From an uncultured Actinomycetes bacterium (GTDB lineage Bacteria; Actinomycetota; Thermoleophilia; UBA2241), in contig CAVWIH010000011.1 in NCBI GenBank assembly GCA_963755025.1, positions 1-64,000 of the forward strand: a stretch of 64,000 nt of DNA. Reading direction: 5' to 3'. The translations under genes and the position numbers were made by a program. The notes under the pieces were generated by a model. The model ran no database searches, was not told where the DNA came from, and saw only the letters and a list, made by a program, of their open reading frames with translations. This document shows, piece by piece, positions 9,898-19,618 of this stretch; the first letter of the stretch is position 1; the number at the start of each line of letters is the position of its first letter.

Positions 9898-10746
9898 TCA
9901 GGCAGAGGTCCGGTACACGCTCCAGCCCTGCCCGTCGGCGATCTCGAGCGCGGGGGCGCCGGGCGCGGAGTCGACGGCAGGCGCCGTCGCACCCGCAGGC
10001 GCCGCTGCCTCGTCGGGCGGCGCGAAGCCCTCGCCGGCCGACGCCGTGGCGAGCGTGAAGAACTCGTCTTTGGGCTTGCCCGGCACGTAGTCGAGCACGC
10101 GGTGGACCGAGACCATGGCGTCGACGCTTAGCAGGCAGACGTGAAAGGCGATCTGCTTGGCGCGCGGCTCGTAGGTCTTGCCCGACGCCAGGTAGGCGGC
10201 GAGCTTGTACGGGTTGCTGAGCTGCGAGATCGCCGTGTCGAGCGTGCGCAGCAGCCCCTGCAGGGTGGTCTCGCTGGCGTCGCGCACCAGGTGGAACCAC
10301 AGGGCGGCCGGCTGTTCGGCGAGCACCTTGGCCATGTCCTTGCGGATGTTCTCGTCTTGCTCCGACCTGCCGGAGCGACCGCCCGACTTGAACTCGACGG
10401 CCAGCGCCGGGGTGTCGGGATCGCCGCGATAGAGGGCGAGGTCGACCAGCGCGCGGTGCGCCCGCGGGCCGGCGGTGCGCCCGGCGAAGCGGTACGACAG
10501 CCTGGTGGGCGCCTCGGCGGCGAAGGCCCAGGGTGCGCCCGCCGGGTCGGCGAGCAGCGCCGCGATGAAGGCCGCCCGCGCCTCGTGCTCGCCGACGCGC
10601 GGCTCGTGCCCCTTGAGCGGGAACAGCACGCGCGGCCACGGCGCGTCGCTGGCCCCCTGGGAGTAGCGGTAGCCGCCCCAGAGGATGTCGTCGGTGCGCC
10701 GACTGAGCTCAGCCAGCCAGTCGTGGTCGATCGTCGTCTGTGCCAT
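9898..10746 (-). CDS. Hypothetical protein, PD-(D/E)xK nuclease-like
   Basis: E...VDLALY...AVEFKSG spacing; GGAGG RBS. Confidence 0.55.
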   Translation of the reverse strand: MAQTTIDHDWLAELSRRTDDILWGGYRYSQGASDAPWPRVLFPLKGHEPRVGEHEARAAFIAALLADPAGAPWAFAAEAPTRLSYRFAGRTAGPRAHRALVDLALYRGDPDTPALAVEFKSGGRSGRSEQDENIRKDMAKVLAEQPAALWFHLVRDASETTLQGLLRTLDTAISQLSNPYKLAAYLASGKTYEPRAKQIAFHVCLLSVDAMVSVHRVLDYVPGKPKDEFFTLATASAGEGFAPPDEAAAPAGATAPAVDSAPGAPALEIADGQGWSVYRTSA

Positions 10747-10821
10747 GGTCCTCCAGGAACCTCGCTCGCTGCGCGTCGCCATCGCTTGCGGTGCGACCGT
10801 CTCGCCGACGGTCGCCTCAAG

Positions 10822-10882
10822 CGCCGCCGACCGCCGGTGCGCCGCCGCCGACCGCCGGTGCAGCGCCGCCGACCGTCAGTGT
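10822..10882. repeat. 21-bp tandem repeat x3 (cgccgccgaccgccggtgc..)
   Basis: Seen directly, intergenic. Confidence 0.8.
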
Positions 10883-11048
10883 ACAGAACCGGCGCGCCCC
10901 AGCACGCAGATGCAAACGGCGCCCGACAAGGTCTTCGCCGCGGTAGTGCAGAAGACGTGGGGCCAAGGGGACAGTTTGCCGGCCGGGCGCCCCCCGCGTG
11001 CTTGACATGCGCGCTATATGGGGACCTTTGAGCGGGGAGGGTCTGAAA

Positions 11049-11474
11049 GTGAAGGCAAACGGCCGAATGGTCACTGCGCACCACATCAGCGAACTGCAGA
11101 CCATGCGCGAAGAGTTGCGCCTGTACCTGCAGAGGCGTTCGCTGCCCGACGATGTCACCTACGACCTTCTGACGTGCGTCCAGGAGGCCTGCATGAACGC
11201 GCTGCGCTTTGGCGCGAGCCCGCGCGGCGTGCGCGCCTGGATCGTGATCAACCGCAACGAGGTCGTGGCCACCGTGCGCGACTACGGCGAGGGCCTCGCC
11301 CTGGCGGTCCCGGTAAGCTGCCCCGAGCCCGGCTCCTACTGCGAATCGGGCCGCGGGCTCTTTTTGATGGCCGAGCTCATGGACCGCGTCGAGTTTCGCG
11401 TGGCGGGCGGCACGCAGGTGCGCCTGCACAAGCGCCTGCCGGCCCCGGCGATCGTCGAAGCGCGCGTCGCATAG
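11049..11474 (+). CDS. RsbW-like anti-sigma factor/Ser kinase (HATPase_c_2)
   Basis: QEACMNALRF, VRDYGEG, ESGRGLFLM; GGAGG 8 nt before GTG. Confidence 0.85.
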   Translation: MKANGRMVTAHHISELQTMREELRLYLQRRSLPDDVTYDLLTCVQEACMNALRFGASPRGVRAWIVINRNEVVATVRDYGEGLALAVPVSCPEPGSYCESGRGLFLMAELMDRVEFRVAGGTQVRLHKRLPAPAIVEARVA

Positions 11475-11536
11475 CGAAAAGCGCGCCTGGTGTAGAGGCA
11501 GCGCGCCTCGCGTAGCGCAAAGCGCGCGCCGCCCAG

Positions 11537-11568
11537 CGGCTCCCACGGCTCCCACGGCTCCCACGGCT
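11537..11568. repeat. 9-bp tandem repeat (cggctccca) x3
   Basis: Seen directly between convergent genes. Confidence 0.75.
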
Positions 11569-11606
11569 GCGCGACCCGCGGCGCGCCTCAGTTCAACACG
11601 ACTCGC

Positions 11607-12326
11607 CTAGAAGGCCGCCACGAAGTTCTCGACCAGGCGGCGGCAGAGCACCCGCGAGTCGGCGACCACCTGGGCGATCGAGGCGACGAGGCGCGCGTGC
11701 AGCTCGGGGTCGCGGCGCGCCACTCCCTTGTTGTCGCGCGCCAGCCAGAACCGCAAGATGCTCTCGTCGACCTCGGCGTGGAACTGCACGCCCCAGGCCC
11801 GGCGGCCCATGCGAAACGCCTGCACGCCGGGGTCGCCCGAGCGCAGGGCGAGCACCTCGGCCTCGGCCGGTACGGTGAACGACTGGGCGTGCCACTCGAG
11901 GGCGCAGAAGGGCGACTCGATGCCGCGCAGCAAGCCGTCGGGGCGCACGATCTCGACCGGCAGCCAGCCCACCTCGGGCACGGCGCGGGCGTACACGCGG
12001 CCGCCGACGGCCGCCGCCAGCTGCTGGCCGCCCAGGCAGATGCCGAGGACCGGCAAACCGGCCTCGACGGCCGCCACGAGCAGGCGGCGCTCGCGGTCGA
12101 TAAAGGGAAACTCGGCCGCCTGGTCGGCGTTCATGGAGCCGCCCAACACGACGAGGCCGGCGATCTCGCCGAGCTCCTCGACGGCCGGCACGCGGGCGCC
12201 GGCGTGGAGCTGGCGCACATCGACGGTGAGCCCGGCGTTGACCAGGGTCTCGAGCAGCGTGCCGGCGTGCGCCGCGGCCTCGTGCTGCACGATGACGACG
12301 GGGTCGTCTGTCGGTGCGTGGATCAT
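11607..12326 (-). CDS. Type 1 glutamine amidotransferase (GATase)
   Basis: LGGSMNA, PVLGICLGGQ, QFHAE. Confidence 0.9.
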   Translation of the reverse strand: MIHAPTDDPVVIVQHEAAAHAGTLLETLVNAGLTVDVRQLHAGARVPAVEELGEIAGLVVLGGSMNADQAAEFPFIDRERRLLVAAVEAGLPVLGICLGGQQLAAAVGGRVYARAVPEVGWLPVEIVRPDGLLRGIESPFCALEWHAQSFTVPAEAEVLALRSGDPGVQAFRMGRRAWGVQFHAEVDESILRFWLARDNKGVARRDPELHARLVASIAQVVADSRVLCRRLVENFVAAF

Positions 12327-12470
12327 GGCAGAAGCGTACCCGCTGAACGGCGCCCACGCGACCAGGGCCGCCATCCGGGGCATCATCTGGCGCAAGACCG
12401 GTCCGGGCGAGCGGCGCGCCGGCCGCGGCGCCCGCGGACCGGCGCGTCCACGTCCAGAGGGGGCAGACAG

Positions 12471-13415
12471 ATGGCCGACAGAGTCAGGCAGATCCTTTCG
12501 TGGTACCGCTCCGAGAGCCCCGGCGTGCAGGCGAACCTCTACCGCTTTCTCATGAGTGGTCGGCTGGCCGGCACCGGCAAGCTCGTCATGCTGCCGGTCG
12601 ACCAGGGCTTCGAGCACGGCCCCGCGCGCAGCTTCTCGCCCAACCCCGCCGGCTTCGACCCGCGCTACCACTTTCAGCTCGCCATCGACGCGGGCTGCAA
12701 CGCCTACGCCGCGCCCCTCGGCTTTATCGAGGCCGGCGCCGCCGACTACGCGGGCCAGATCCCGCTCATCCTGAAGGCCAACAACAACGACCTGCTCTAC
12801 GGCAACCCCGAGGCGCCGCTGCCGGCGGTCACCGCGGGCGTCGACGACGCCCTGCGCCTGGGTGCGAGCGCCATCGGCTTCACGATCTATCCCGGCTCGG
12901 CCGAGCGCACCCAGATGTACGAGGAGCTGCGCGAGCTGGCCGCCGAGGCCAAGTCGGTCGGCCTGGCCGTTGTGGTTTGGTCGTACCCGCGCGGCGGCGA
13001 GCTCACCAAAGAGGCCGAGACCGCGGTCGACGTGTCCGCCTACGCCGCCCAGATCGCGGCGCAGCTCGGCGCGCACATCATCAAGGTCAAGCCGCCGACC
13101 AACGCCCCGTGGGACAAGAAATCGGCCGAGGCCTACGCCGCGGCCGGTATCAAGGTCGAGACGCTGACCGACCGCGTGAAGGCCGTCGTGCAGGGCGCCT
13201 TCGCCGGCCGTCGCATCGTCATCTTCTCGGGCGGCGAGGCCAAGGGCATCGACGCCGTGCTCGAAGAGAACCGCCAGTGCGCGGCCGGCGGCTCGTTCGG
13301 CACCATCATGGGGCGCAACTCGTTCCAGCGCCCCCACGACGAGGCCGTCAAGCTGCTGCAGGACGTCATGGAGATCCACGCCGCGGCGCCGGCGCCCGGC
13401 TCGGTGCACGACTGA
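12471..13415 (+). CDS. fbaB: Class I fructose-bisphosphate aldolase (DhnA/FbaB type)
   Basis: LPVDQGFEHGP, WSYPRG, AHIIKVK, IFSGG, GRNSFQR. Confidence 0.92.
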   Translation: MADRVRQILSWYRSESPGVQANLYRFLMSGRLAGTGKLVMLPVDQGFEHGPARSFSPNPAGFDPRYHFQLAIDAGCNAYAAPLGFIEAGAADYAGQIPLILKANNNDLLYGNPEAPLPAVTAGVDDALRLGASAIGFTIYPGSAERTQMYEELRELAAEAKSVGLAVVVWSYPRGGELTKEAETAVDVSAYAAQIAAQLGAHIIKVKPPTNAPWDKKSAEAYAAAGIKVETLTDRVKAVVQGAFAGRRIVIFSGGEAKGIDAVLEENRQCAAGGSFGTIMGRNSFQRPHDEAVKLLQDVMEIHAAAPAPGSVHD

Positions 13416-13470
13416 AATCCCGGCGCGGGGGCGACTTCCCCACCGCGCGCCGAGCGCCGGCAACCGGCCC

Positions 13471-14874
13471 CTACGGCCGCCGCCTTGGCGTGCCCGCCAG
13501 GCCCGCCCGCAGCCGCTCGACCGCGTTCAACCGCAGGCCCAGCAGGTCGGCGATGTGCCACTTGGCCTCGAGCGGGCTGGGGTCGGCGAAGTAGCTCGAC
13601 TCGGTCTCGAAGACGCGCCCCAGGCGCAGCTCGCCGCGCAGCTCGTGCATGACCGTGTTGTCGGACAGGTCGCGTACCGTGACGCCGAGCCTGTCGGCCA
13701 CGAACCGCTTGGCCTGAGCGATCCTCATGCCCTTCGCCATCTGCATCCGCGCCACCAGGTCTCCGGCGGCGCGCAGTCCGTTCATGCCGGAGGCGCACGA
13801 GTGGGCCACGTCCATGCCGAACGTGTCGCCCGAGCCGACCTATAACCCGTCGAGGCGCAGCACGTCGACACAGGCCCGCGAGGCCCGCGACACGGCGTCG
13901 ACGGGGGCGAAGGCGTGCATGGGCAGGCCGCCCACGCCCATGCCGACGTTCATGTGCACGGGAATGCGGGCGTCGGCCATGCAGGGCTTGACGTACGTCA
14001 GGGCGCGCGCCGAGTTCCAGGCGGCCGACTCGACGGTCGAGGTGTTCACCGCCGGACCGAACACCGTGGCGCCGGCCTGCTGCACGACGGCCAGCTGACC
14101 AGCGGGCTTGAGCCCGGCGAGGCGGGTGCCGCGGTACTCGAGGCGTCCGTGGGTGCCGAGCACCATCTCAGACGCCATGCCGACCATGATGCCCATGTCG
14201 GGGTGGCCGGCGCGCAGCGTCTCGACGGCCCGCAGAGTGGCCAGAAAGTCGGCGTCGCCGGCGGCGCCGGCGGTATCGAAGTTGATGCCGTCGGCGCCGG
14301 CCTCGTAGAGCGCCTCGGCCACGTAGACCATGTCGTCGACGGCCAGCTCGACCGCCTCTTCCTGCGCCTCGCGAGCCTCGTCGATCTTCATGTCGGGCAG
14401 CAACTCGGACCAGTTGCCGCAGGGCCCGTCGGGCGTCGAGTAGCGGCCCAGGTCGGGCTGCGCGCCGTAGTGCACGGGCACCGTCAGGCGCTCCTGCGCC
14501 TCTTTCATGGCCTGCTGCTCGAACGGCACGACCGTCTTCACGGCCTTGTACGAGTAGTCGATGTGAAAGAGCTCGACCGTGTCGTGGGCGAGCACCTGCT
14601 CGCAGGCATAGAGGGCGTCGATGCGGCTGCCGAGCTGCGGCGTGCCGCTGCCGTCTTTGGAGAGCACGACCTCGTCGCCTATGTCGACGCCGGTGAAGCG
14701 CGCCGACGAGGCGAAGATGTCGAGGAGATGGTCGAGCTCGTCGTCGGGGAGCGGCGGTACCTTGCCCCTGGTCGCCGCGGCCAGCGTGCCAGCCGCCAGG
14801 TCGGCCTTGATCTGGCTGCGCGTCGTTTCGAACAGCGAGCCGTCGCCCCTGCGGGCCAGCACATGCGGTTCCAC
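13471..14874 (-). CDS. mtbB: Dimethylamine:corrinoid methyltransferase MtbB family, pyrrolysine-encoding (in-frame TAG 13840-13842); paralog 1, 467 aa with readthrough
   Basis: HIDYSYK, FDTAGAAGDADF, VGMGVGG, DGL-TAG-VGSGD...AAGDLVARMQ; the ORFs 13840-14979 and 13471-13815 are in one frame. Confidence 0.92.
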
Positions 14875-14977
14875 CAGCGTCCCCCTCGGCCGTCCGGTAG
14901 CCGCGATGCTATCGCAGGGCCGCCGCGAGCGGCAAGGACGACGGGACCGACCGGCGGCCCCGGTCGTCCACCGCCGC

Positions 14978-15020
14978 AAGAAAGGAAGAAGCGGGGGCGC
15001 GGCCCTGCCGCGCCCCCGCT
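14978..15020 (-). terminator. Intrinsic terminator after mtbB paralog 2
   Basis: 14-bp stem agcgggggcgcggc/gccgcgcccccgct followed on the minus strand by TCTTCCTTTCTT. Confidence 0.75.
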
Positions 15021-15058
15021 CCTGGCCTGCTCGGCGCGCCGTTACCGACGCCGCAGAA

Positions 15059-16444
15059 CTACAGCCCGGCGCGGGCCTTGAAGCGCTCGACGCAGTTGAT
15101 GGGAATGTCGAGCGTGCGGGCGATGTTGAACTTGGCCTCGATCATGCCGGCGTCGCCGGGGCGCACCGCCGAGGTGTGAGGCAGCAGGCCCAACCCCTTC
15201 TCGCTGCGGATGGTCTCCATGGCGATCGGGTCGGACAGGTCGCGGACTCCGCAGCCGAGCTTGTCGGCGACGTAGGCCTTGGCCTCTTTCAAACGCATTC
15301 TCCGGGTCATTTGCATGCGTGCCACGAGATCTCCCGCGGTGCGCATTCCGCCCATGCCCGAAGCCTGCACGTGGGCAGACTCCATGCCTTGGGAATCGCC
15401 CGTGCCTACCTAGTACCCGTCGATCTTGAGGATCTCGACGAAGGCCTTGGAGGCTCGTGACGTGGCGTCGGCCGGCGGGTAGACGCAGGTCGGCACGCCG
15501 CCGACGCCCATGCCTACGTTGACGTGCACCGGGATCTCGGCGATCTCGGCCGCCGGCTTGATGAACGTCATGGCGCGGGCGATGTTCCAGGCCGTCGACT
15601 TGCCGGTGTTGATGTTGATCGCCGGGCCGTAGATAGAGGCGCCGGCGGCCTGCACCATGCGGATCTGGTCCTTGGGCCACATGCCGGCCAGGCGCTCGCC
15701 GTCGAAGGTGAGCTGGCCGTGCATACCGAGCACGAACTCGCTCGCCATGCCGATCTCGATGCCGAGCCAGGGGTACTTCTCGCGCAGCATGCGGCAGGCG
15801 GTGAGGCCGGCGAGAAAGTCGGCGTCGCCGGCCGCGCCGGTGGTGTCCATGTCGATGCCGTCGGCGCCGGCCTCGATCATGTGGTCGGCCACGTAGTTGA
15901 TGTCTTCGATCAGCATGTCGCAGGCTTCGAGCTGGGCTGCGCGGGCTTCGTCGACCTTCATGAGCGGCAGCAGCTCGGACCAGTTGGGAATGGGCCCGTC
16001 GGGCTTGGAGTAGCGCCCGAGGTCGGGCATCGCGCCGTACTGCACGGGGTTCGTGCAGAGCATCTGGGCGATCTTCATGGTCTGGCCTTCGTGGGCCACG
16101 TTGGTCTTGATGGCCTTGTACGAGTAGTCGATCTGCCAGAGCTCGACCATGTCGATGCCGACGACCTGCTCGTAGGTCTGCAGGTCCTGCACCCGGTTGC
16201 CGATGTGCTTGGTCCCGGTGCCGTCGTTGCTCATGATGACTTCTTCGCCGATGTCGACCGCGGTGAAGCGCGCCGACGAGGCGTAGATGTCGAGCAGATG
16301 GGCCTGCTCGTCGGCCGTGAGCGGCTCGGTCTTGGCCCGCTTGGCCGCCTGCTGTGTGCCGTCTTCGATGTCGGCCTTGATCTCGGAGCGGGTCATCTCG
16401 ACGAGCGAGCCGTCACCCATGCGGGTAGCGATCTTGGGTTCCAA
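15059..16444 (-). CDS. mtbB: MtbB-family methyltransferase, pyrrolysine-encoding (in-frame TAG 15410-15412); paralog 2
   Basis: TRMGDG, DYSYK, YGAMPDLG, DTTGAAGDADF, DGY-TAG-VGTGD...RTAGDLVARMQ, AKFNI; GGAGGTG 6 nt before TTG. Confidence 0.92.
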
Positions 16445-16640
16445 ACGCATCACCTCCACTGCTTCGCGCGAGTGCCCTGCCGCAACGAGCGCGGCGGGGC
16501 CGATGGGGCCGGGGGTCGGCGTGTGGTGCGTGAGAACGGCGACGACCCCGGACCGTGCGCTCATGGTATATCGGCCCTCGCGCCACCCGCCACCCGGGGC
16601 GGCCGGCGGGCCGGTCGCGCGGGTCGCGCGGCGGCGGCGG

Positions 16641-16703
16641 GGTGGCGCACGATGCGGCGCCGGTGGCGAACGATGCGGCGCGGGTGGCGGGCGATGCGGC
16701 GCC
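16641..16703. repeat. 21-bp tandem repeat x3 (ggtggcgnncgatgcggcgcs)
   Basis: Seen directly between ldh and mtbB2. Confidence 0.75.
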
Positions 16704-16730
16704 GATGCGCGGTGGCGCCGGCGGCGCGAC

Positions 16731-17759
16731 TTACGCGGCGCGGCGGCCGCCGATGTGCCCGCCCGGGCCCAGGAGCACTTCGTTGACGAGCGGGCGGCCG
16801 GCTTCGAACTCGCTCACGTTCAGCAGCGTCGTCGCCGCGATCTCGCGCAGGGCCTCGCTCGTGAAGTAGCCCTGGTGGGCGGTGACGATCACGTTGGGAA
16901 AGGTGAGCAGGCGGCTGAAGACGTCGTCCTGGATGATCTGGCCCGACAGGTCGTGCGAGAACAGCTCGGTCTCTTCTTCGTAAACGTCGAGGCCGAGCGA
17001 GCCTATGCGCCCCGCCTTGAGGCCGGCGACCACCGCCGCCGAGTCGACCAGGCCGCCGCGGCTCGTGTTGATCAGCATCACGCCGCGGCGCATCTGCGAG
17101 ATCGCCCGGCGGTCGATCAGGTGCGTCGTCTCGGGCAGCAGCGGACAGTGCAGCGTGATGATGTCCGACTCGGCGAACAGCTCCGCCAGCTCCACGTAGC
17201 GCGCGCCCAGCTCGAGCAGGCGCTCGTTGGGGAACGGGTCCGAGGCCAGCAGCCGGCAGCCGAACCCGGCGAGGATGGCGGCGGTGGTCGCCCCGATGAT
17301 GCCCGTGCCGATCACCCCGACGGTGCGGCCGTACAGGTCGAAGCCGAGCAGGCCGTCGAGCGAGAAGTTGCCGTCGCGCACGCGCTGCCAGGCGCGATGG
17401 ATCTTGCGGTTGAGGGTGAGGATCAGGGCGACGGCGTGCTCCGCGACGGCGTGCGGTGAATAGGCCGGCACGCGCACGACGTGCACGCCCAGCGCCCCCG
17501 CCGCCGCGAGGTCGACGTTGTTGAAGCCCGCCGAGCGCAGCGCCACGAGCGCCGTGCCGCCGGCGGCCAGGCTGGCCAGGGTGGTGCGGTCGAGCTCGTC
17601 GTTGGCGAACACCGAGACGGCCGCGAAGCCGGCGGCCAAGCCCGCCGTCTCGGCGGTGAGGCGCGGTTCGAAGAACACGAGCTCGTGACCGACCCCTTCG
17701 TTGGCGGCGGTCAGGAACTCGCGGTCGTAGCGGCGGGTCGAAAAGACGGCGATGCGCGT
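16731..17759 (-). CDS. ldhA: D-lactate dehydrogenase / D-2-hydroxyacid dehydrogenase
   Basis: [47 protein letters not shown]; the canonical Met position is ACG, so the start is uncertain. Confidence 0.88.
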   Translation of the reverse strand, partial: TRIAVFSTRRYDREFLTAANEGVGHELVFFEPRLTAETAGLAAGFAAVSVFANDELDRTTLASLAAGGTALVALRSAGFNNVDLAAAGALGVHVVRVPAYSPHAVAEHAVALILTLNRKIHRAWQRVRDGNFSLDGLLGFDLYGRTVGVIGTGIIGATTAAILAGFGCRLLASDPFPNERLLELGARYVELAELFAESDIITLHCPLLPETTHLIDRRAISQMRRGVMLINTSRGGLVDSAAVVAGLKAGRIGSLGLDVYEEETELFSHDLSGQIIQDDVFSRLLTFPNVIVTAHQGYFTSEALREIAATTLLNVSEFEAGRPLVNEVLLGPGGHIGGRRAA

Positions 17760-17942
17760 GGCGGCCTCGCGTTGGTCAGGGTCGCGGACTGCCGTGACAG
17801 TTCCCGCTCTCGAGCAGGGCAAACGCCGCAGGACGCGCCGGTCGTACGTGTCGCGCCGCACAGGGACGGGCGCGGCGGCCGGGAACGGCGGCGGCCGCCC
17901 GGCCCGCGCCCGAAGGCGCGGGCCCGCGGCCGCCGCTTCGCC

Positions 17943-19355
17943 TCAGATCTCGACCGGCCGGCGGCGGCCCGCCTTGGCGCGAAAGCGCTCGACGCTGTTG
18001 ATGGGCAGGTCGAGCAGCGCAGCGATGTTGAACTTGGCCTCGATGCCGATGGGGTCGTGGATGTCGGTGACCTCGCCCGACTCGAGGATGCCGCCCAGGC
18101 CCAGCTCCTTGCGCACGTCGAACATGACGGTCGGGTCGGAGAGGTCGAGCGTCGAGACGCCCAGCTTGCCGGCCACGTACTCTTTGGCCTCTGTGAGGCG
18201 CATCGCTCGGGTGATCTGCATCCGGGCCACCAGATCTCCGGCAGTCCTGATCCCGCCCATCCCCGAAGCGACGCCGTGACTCACGGCCTGGCCGTAGACG
18301 TCGCCCGCGCCTACCTATAAGCCGTCGAGCCGCAGAATGTCGACCGCGGCGCGCGAGGCCCGGCAGGTGGCGTCGCCGGCCGGCACGACGTGCATGGGCA
18401 CGCCGCCCACGCCCATGCCGCCGTTCAGGTGCACCGGTACGGTGGCCGCCTCGCAGCAGGGTTTGGCGATGGTGAGCGTGCGCGCCACGTTCCAGGCGAT
18501 CGACTTGCCGGTGTTGACGTTGATCGCCGGCCCGAAGATGGTCACGCCGGCCTTGGCGGCGAGGCGTCATCTGCTCGAGCGGCCACAGGCCGGCCAGGCG
18601 CACGCCGTCGTACTCGAGCTCGCCGTGCATGCCGAGCACGAACTCGCCGGCCATGCCGATCTGGATGCCGAGGTCGGGGTGCCGGGCGCGTATGCGCTCG
18701 ACCGCCTTGAGGGCGGCCAGGAAGTCGGCGTCGCCGGCCGCGCCGGCGGTGTCTAAGTCGATGAACTCGATGCCGGCCTCGACCATCTCGTCGGCCACGT
18801 AGACGATATCGTCGGCGGCGAGCTCGACGGCCTCTTCCTGGGCCGCCCGCGCCTCGGCGATCCTGCCGAGCGGCAGGAGCTGCGACCAGTTGGCGACCGG
18901 GGCCGTCGGGCACCGTGTAGAGGCCGAGGTCGGGCATGGCGCCGTAGCCGAGCGGCGCGGTGGTCACGAACTGCGCCTGGCGCATGACGACCTGCTCGAA
19001 GGCCATGACGGCCTTGGCCGGCTTGTAGGAGTAGTCGTGGTGGTAGAGCTCGAGCGAGTCGGCGCAGAGGTACTGCTCGTAGTACTGCAGATCGTTGACG
19101 CGGGTGCCCAGGTCCTGGCTGCCGCAGCCGTCGTAGGAGAGCACGACCTCGTCGCCGATGTCGACGCCGGTGAAGCGGCTGTTCGAGCAGAAGATCTCGG
19201 CGAGGTGGTCGAGCTCGGCGCTCGGTGAGCTCCGGCGACTTTCGGACGCGCTTGGCGCCCGCCTGCGTGCCCTCCTCGAGATCGGCGCGGATCTGCGCCG
19301 GCGTCATCTCGACGAGCGCGCCGTCGCCCATGCGGGTACGGATCCTGGCTTCCAA
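17943..19355 (-). CDS. mtbB: MtbB-family methyltransferase, pyrrolysine-encoding (TAG 18315-18317); paralog 3, with about 3 frameshifts (~19230, ~18900, ~18565)
   Basis: Segments in successive frames reconstruct full MtbB: TRMGDG / DYSYK, YGAMPDLG / DTAGAAGDADF / DGL-TAG-VGAGD...RTAGDLVARMQ. Confidence 0.85.
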
Positions 19356-19474
19356 GCGCACACCTCCGCGGACAGGGGACTTGCGGCCGACCCTACCCCG
19401 CCGCGAGGCGCCTGTCATCAGCCGCCGCTGCCGGGCCGCGAAGATTGCCGAAGGATCCGCGCGGCGCCGGCCTC

Positions 19475-19618
19475 TCGGACCTGCCGGTCGCCCGGACCTG
19501 CGTATCGCTCAGACCTGCCGGTCGCTCGGACCCGCCGGTCGCTCGGGCCTGCCGGTCGCTCAGACCTGCGTATCGCTCAGGCCTGCGGATCGCTCGGACC
19601 CGCGTGCCGCTCAGACCT
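19475..19618. repeat. 17-bp tandem repeat x8.5 (tcrgrccygc(cgg/gta)tcgc), upstream of mtbB3
   Basis: Units start at 19475, 19492, 19509, 19526, 19543, 19560, 19577, 19594, with a partial unit at 19611; no spacers. Confidence 0.9.

Noticed and set aside
13471-13815. Short C-terminal MtbB ORFs (also 15059-15385 and 17943-18284) as separate genes
   Set aside because: They are in frame with the upstream ORFs across a single TAG and lack an evident RBS.
19475-19618. CRISPR array
   Set aside because: Contiguous 17-bp units with no unique spacers, and no cas genes in the window.
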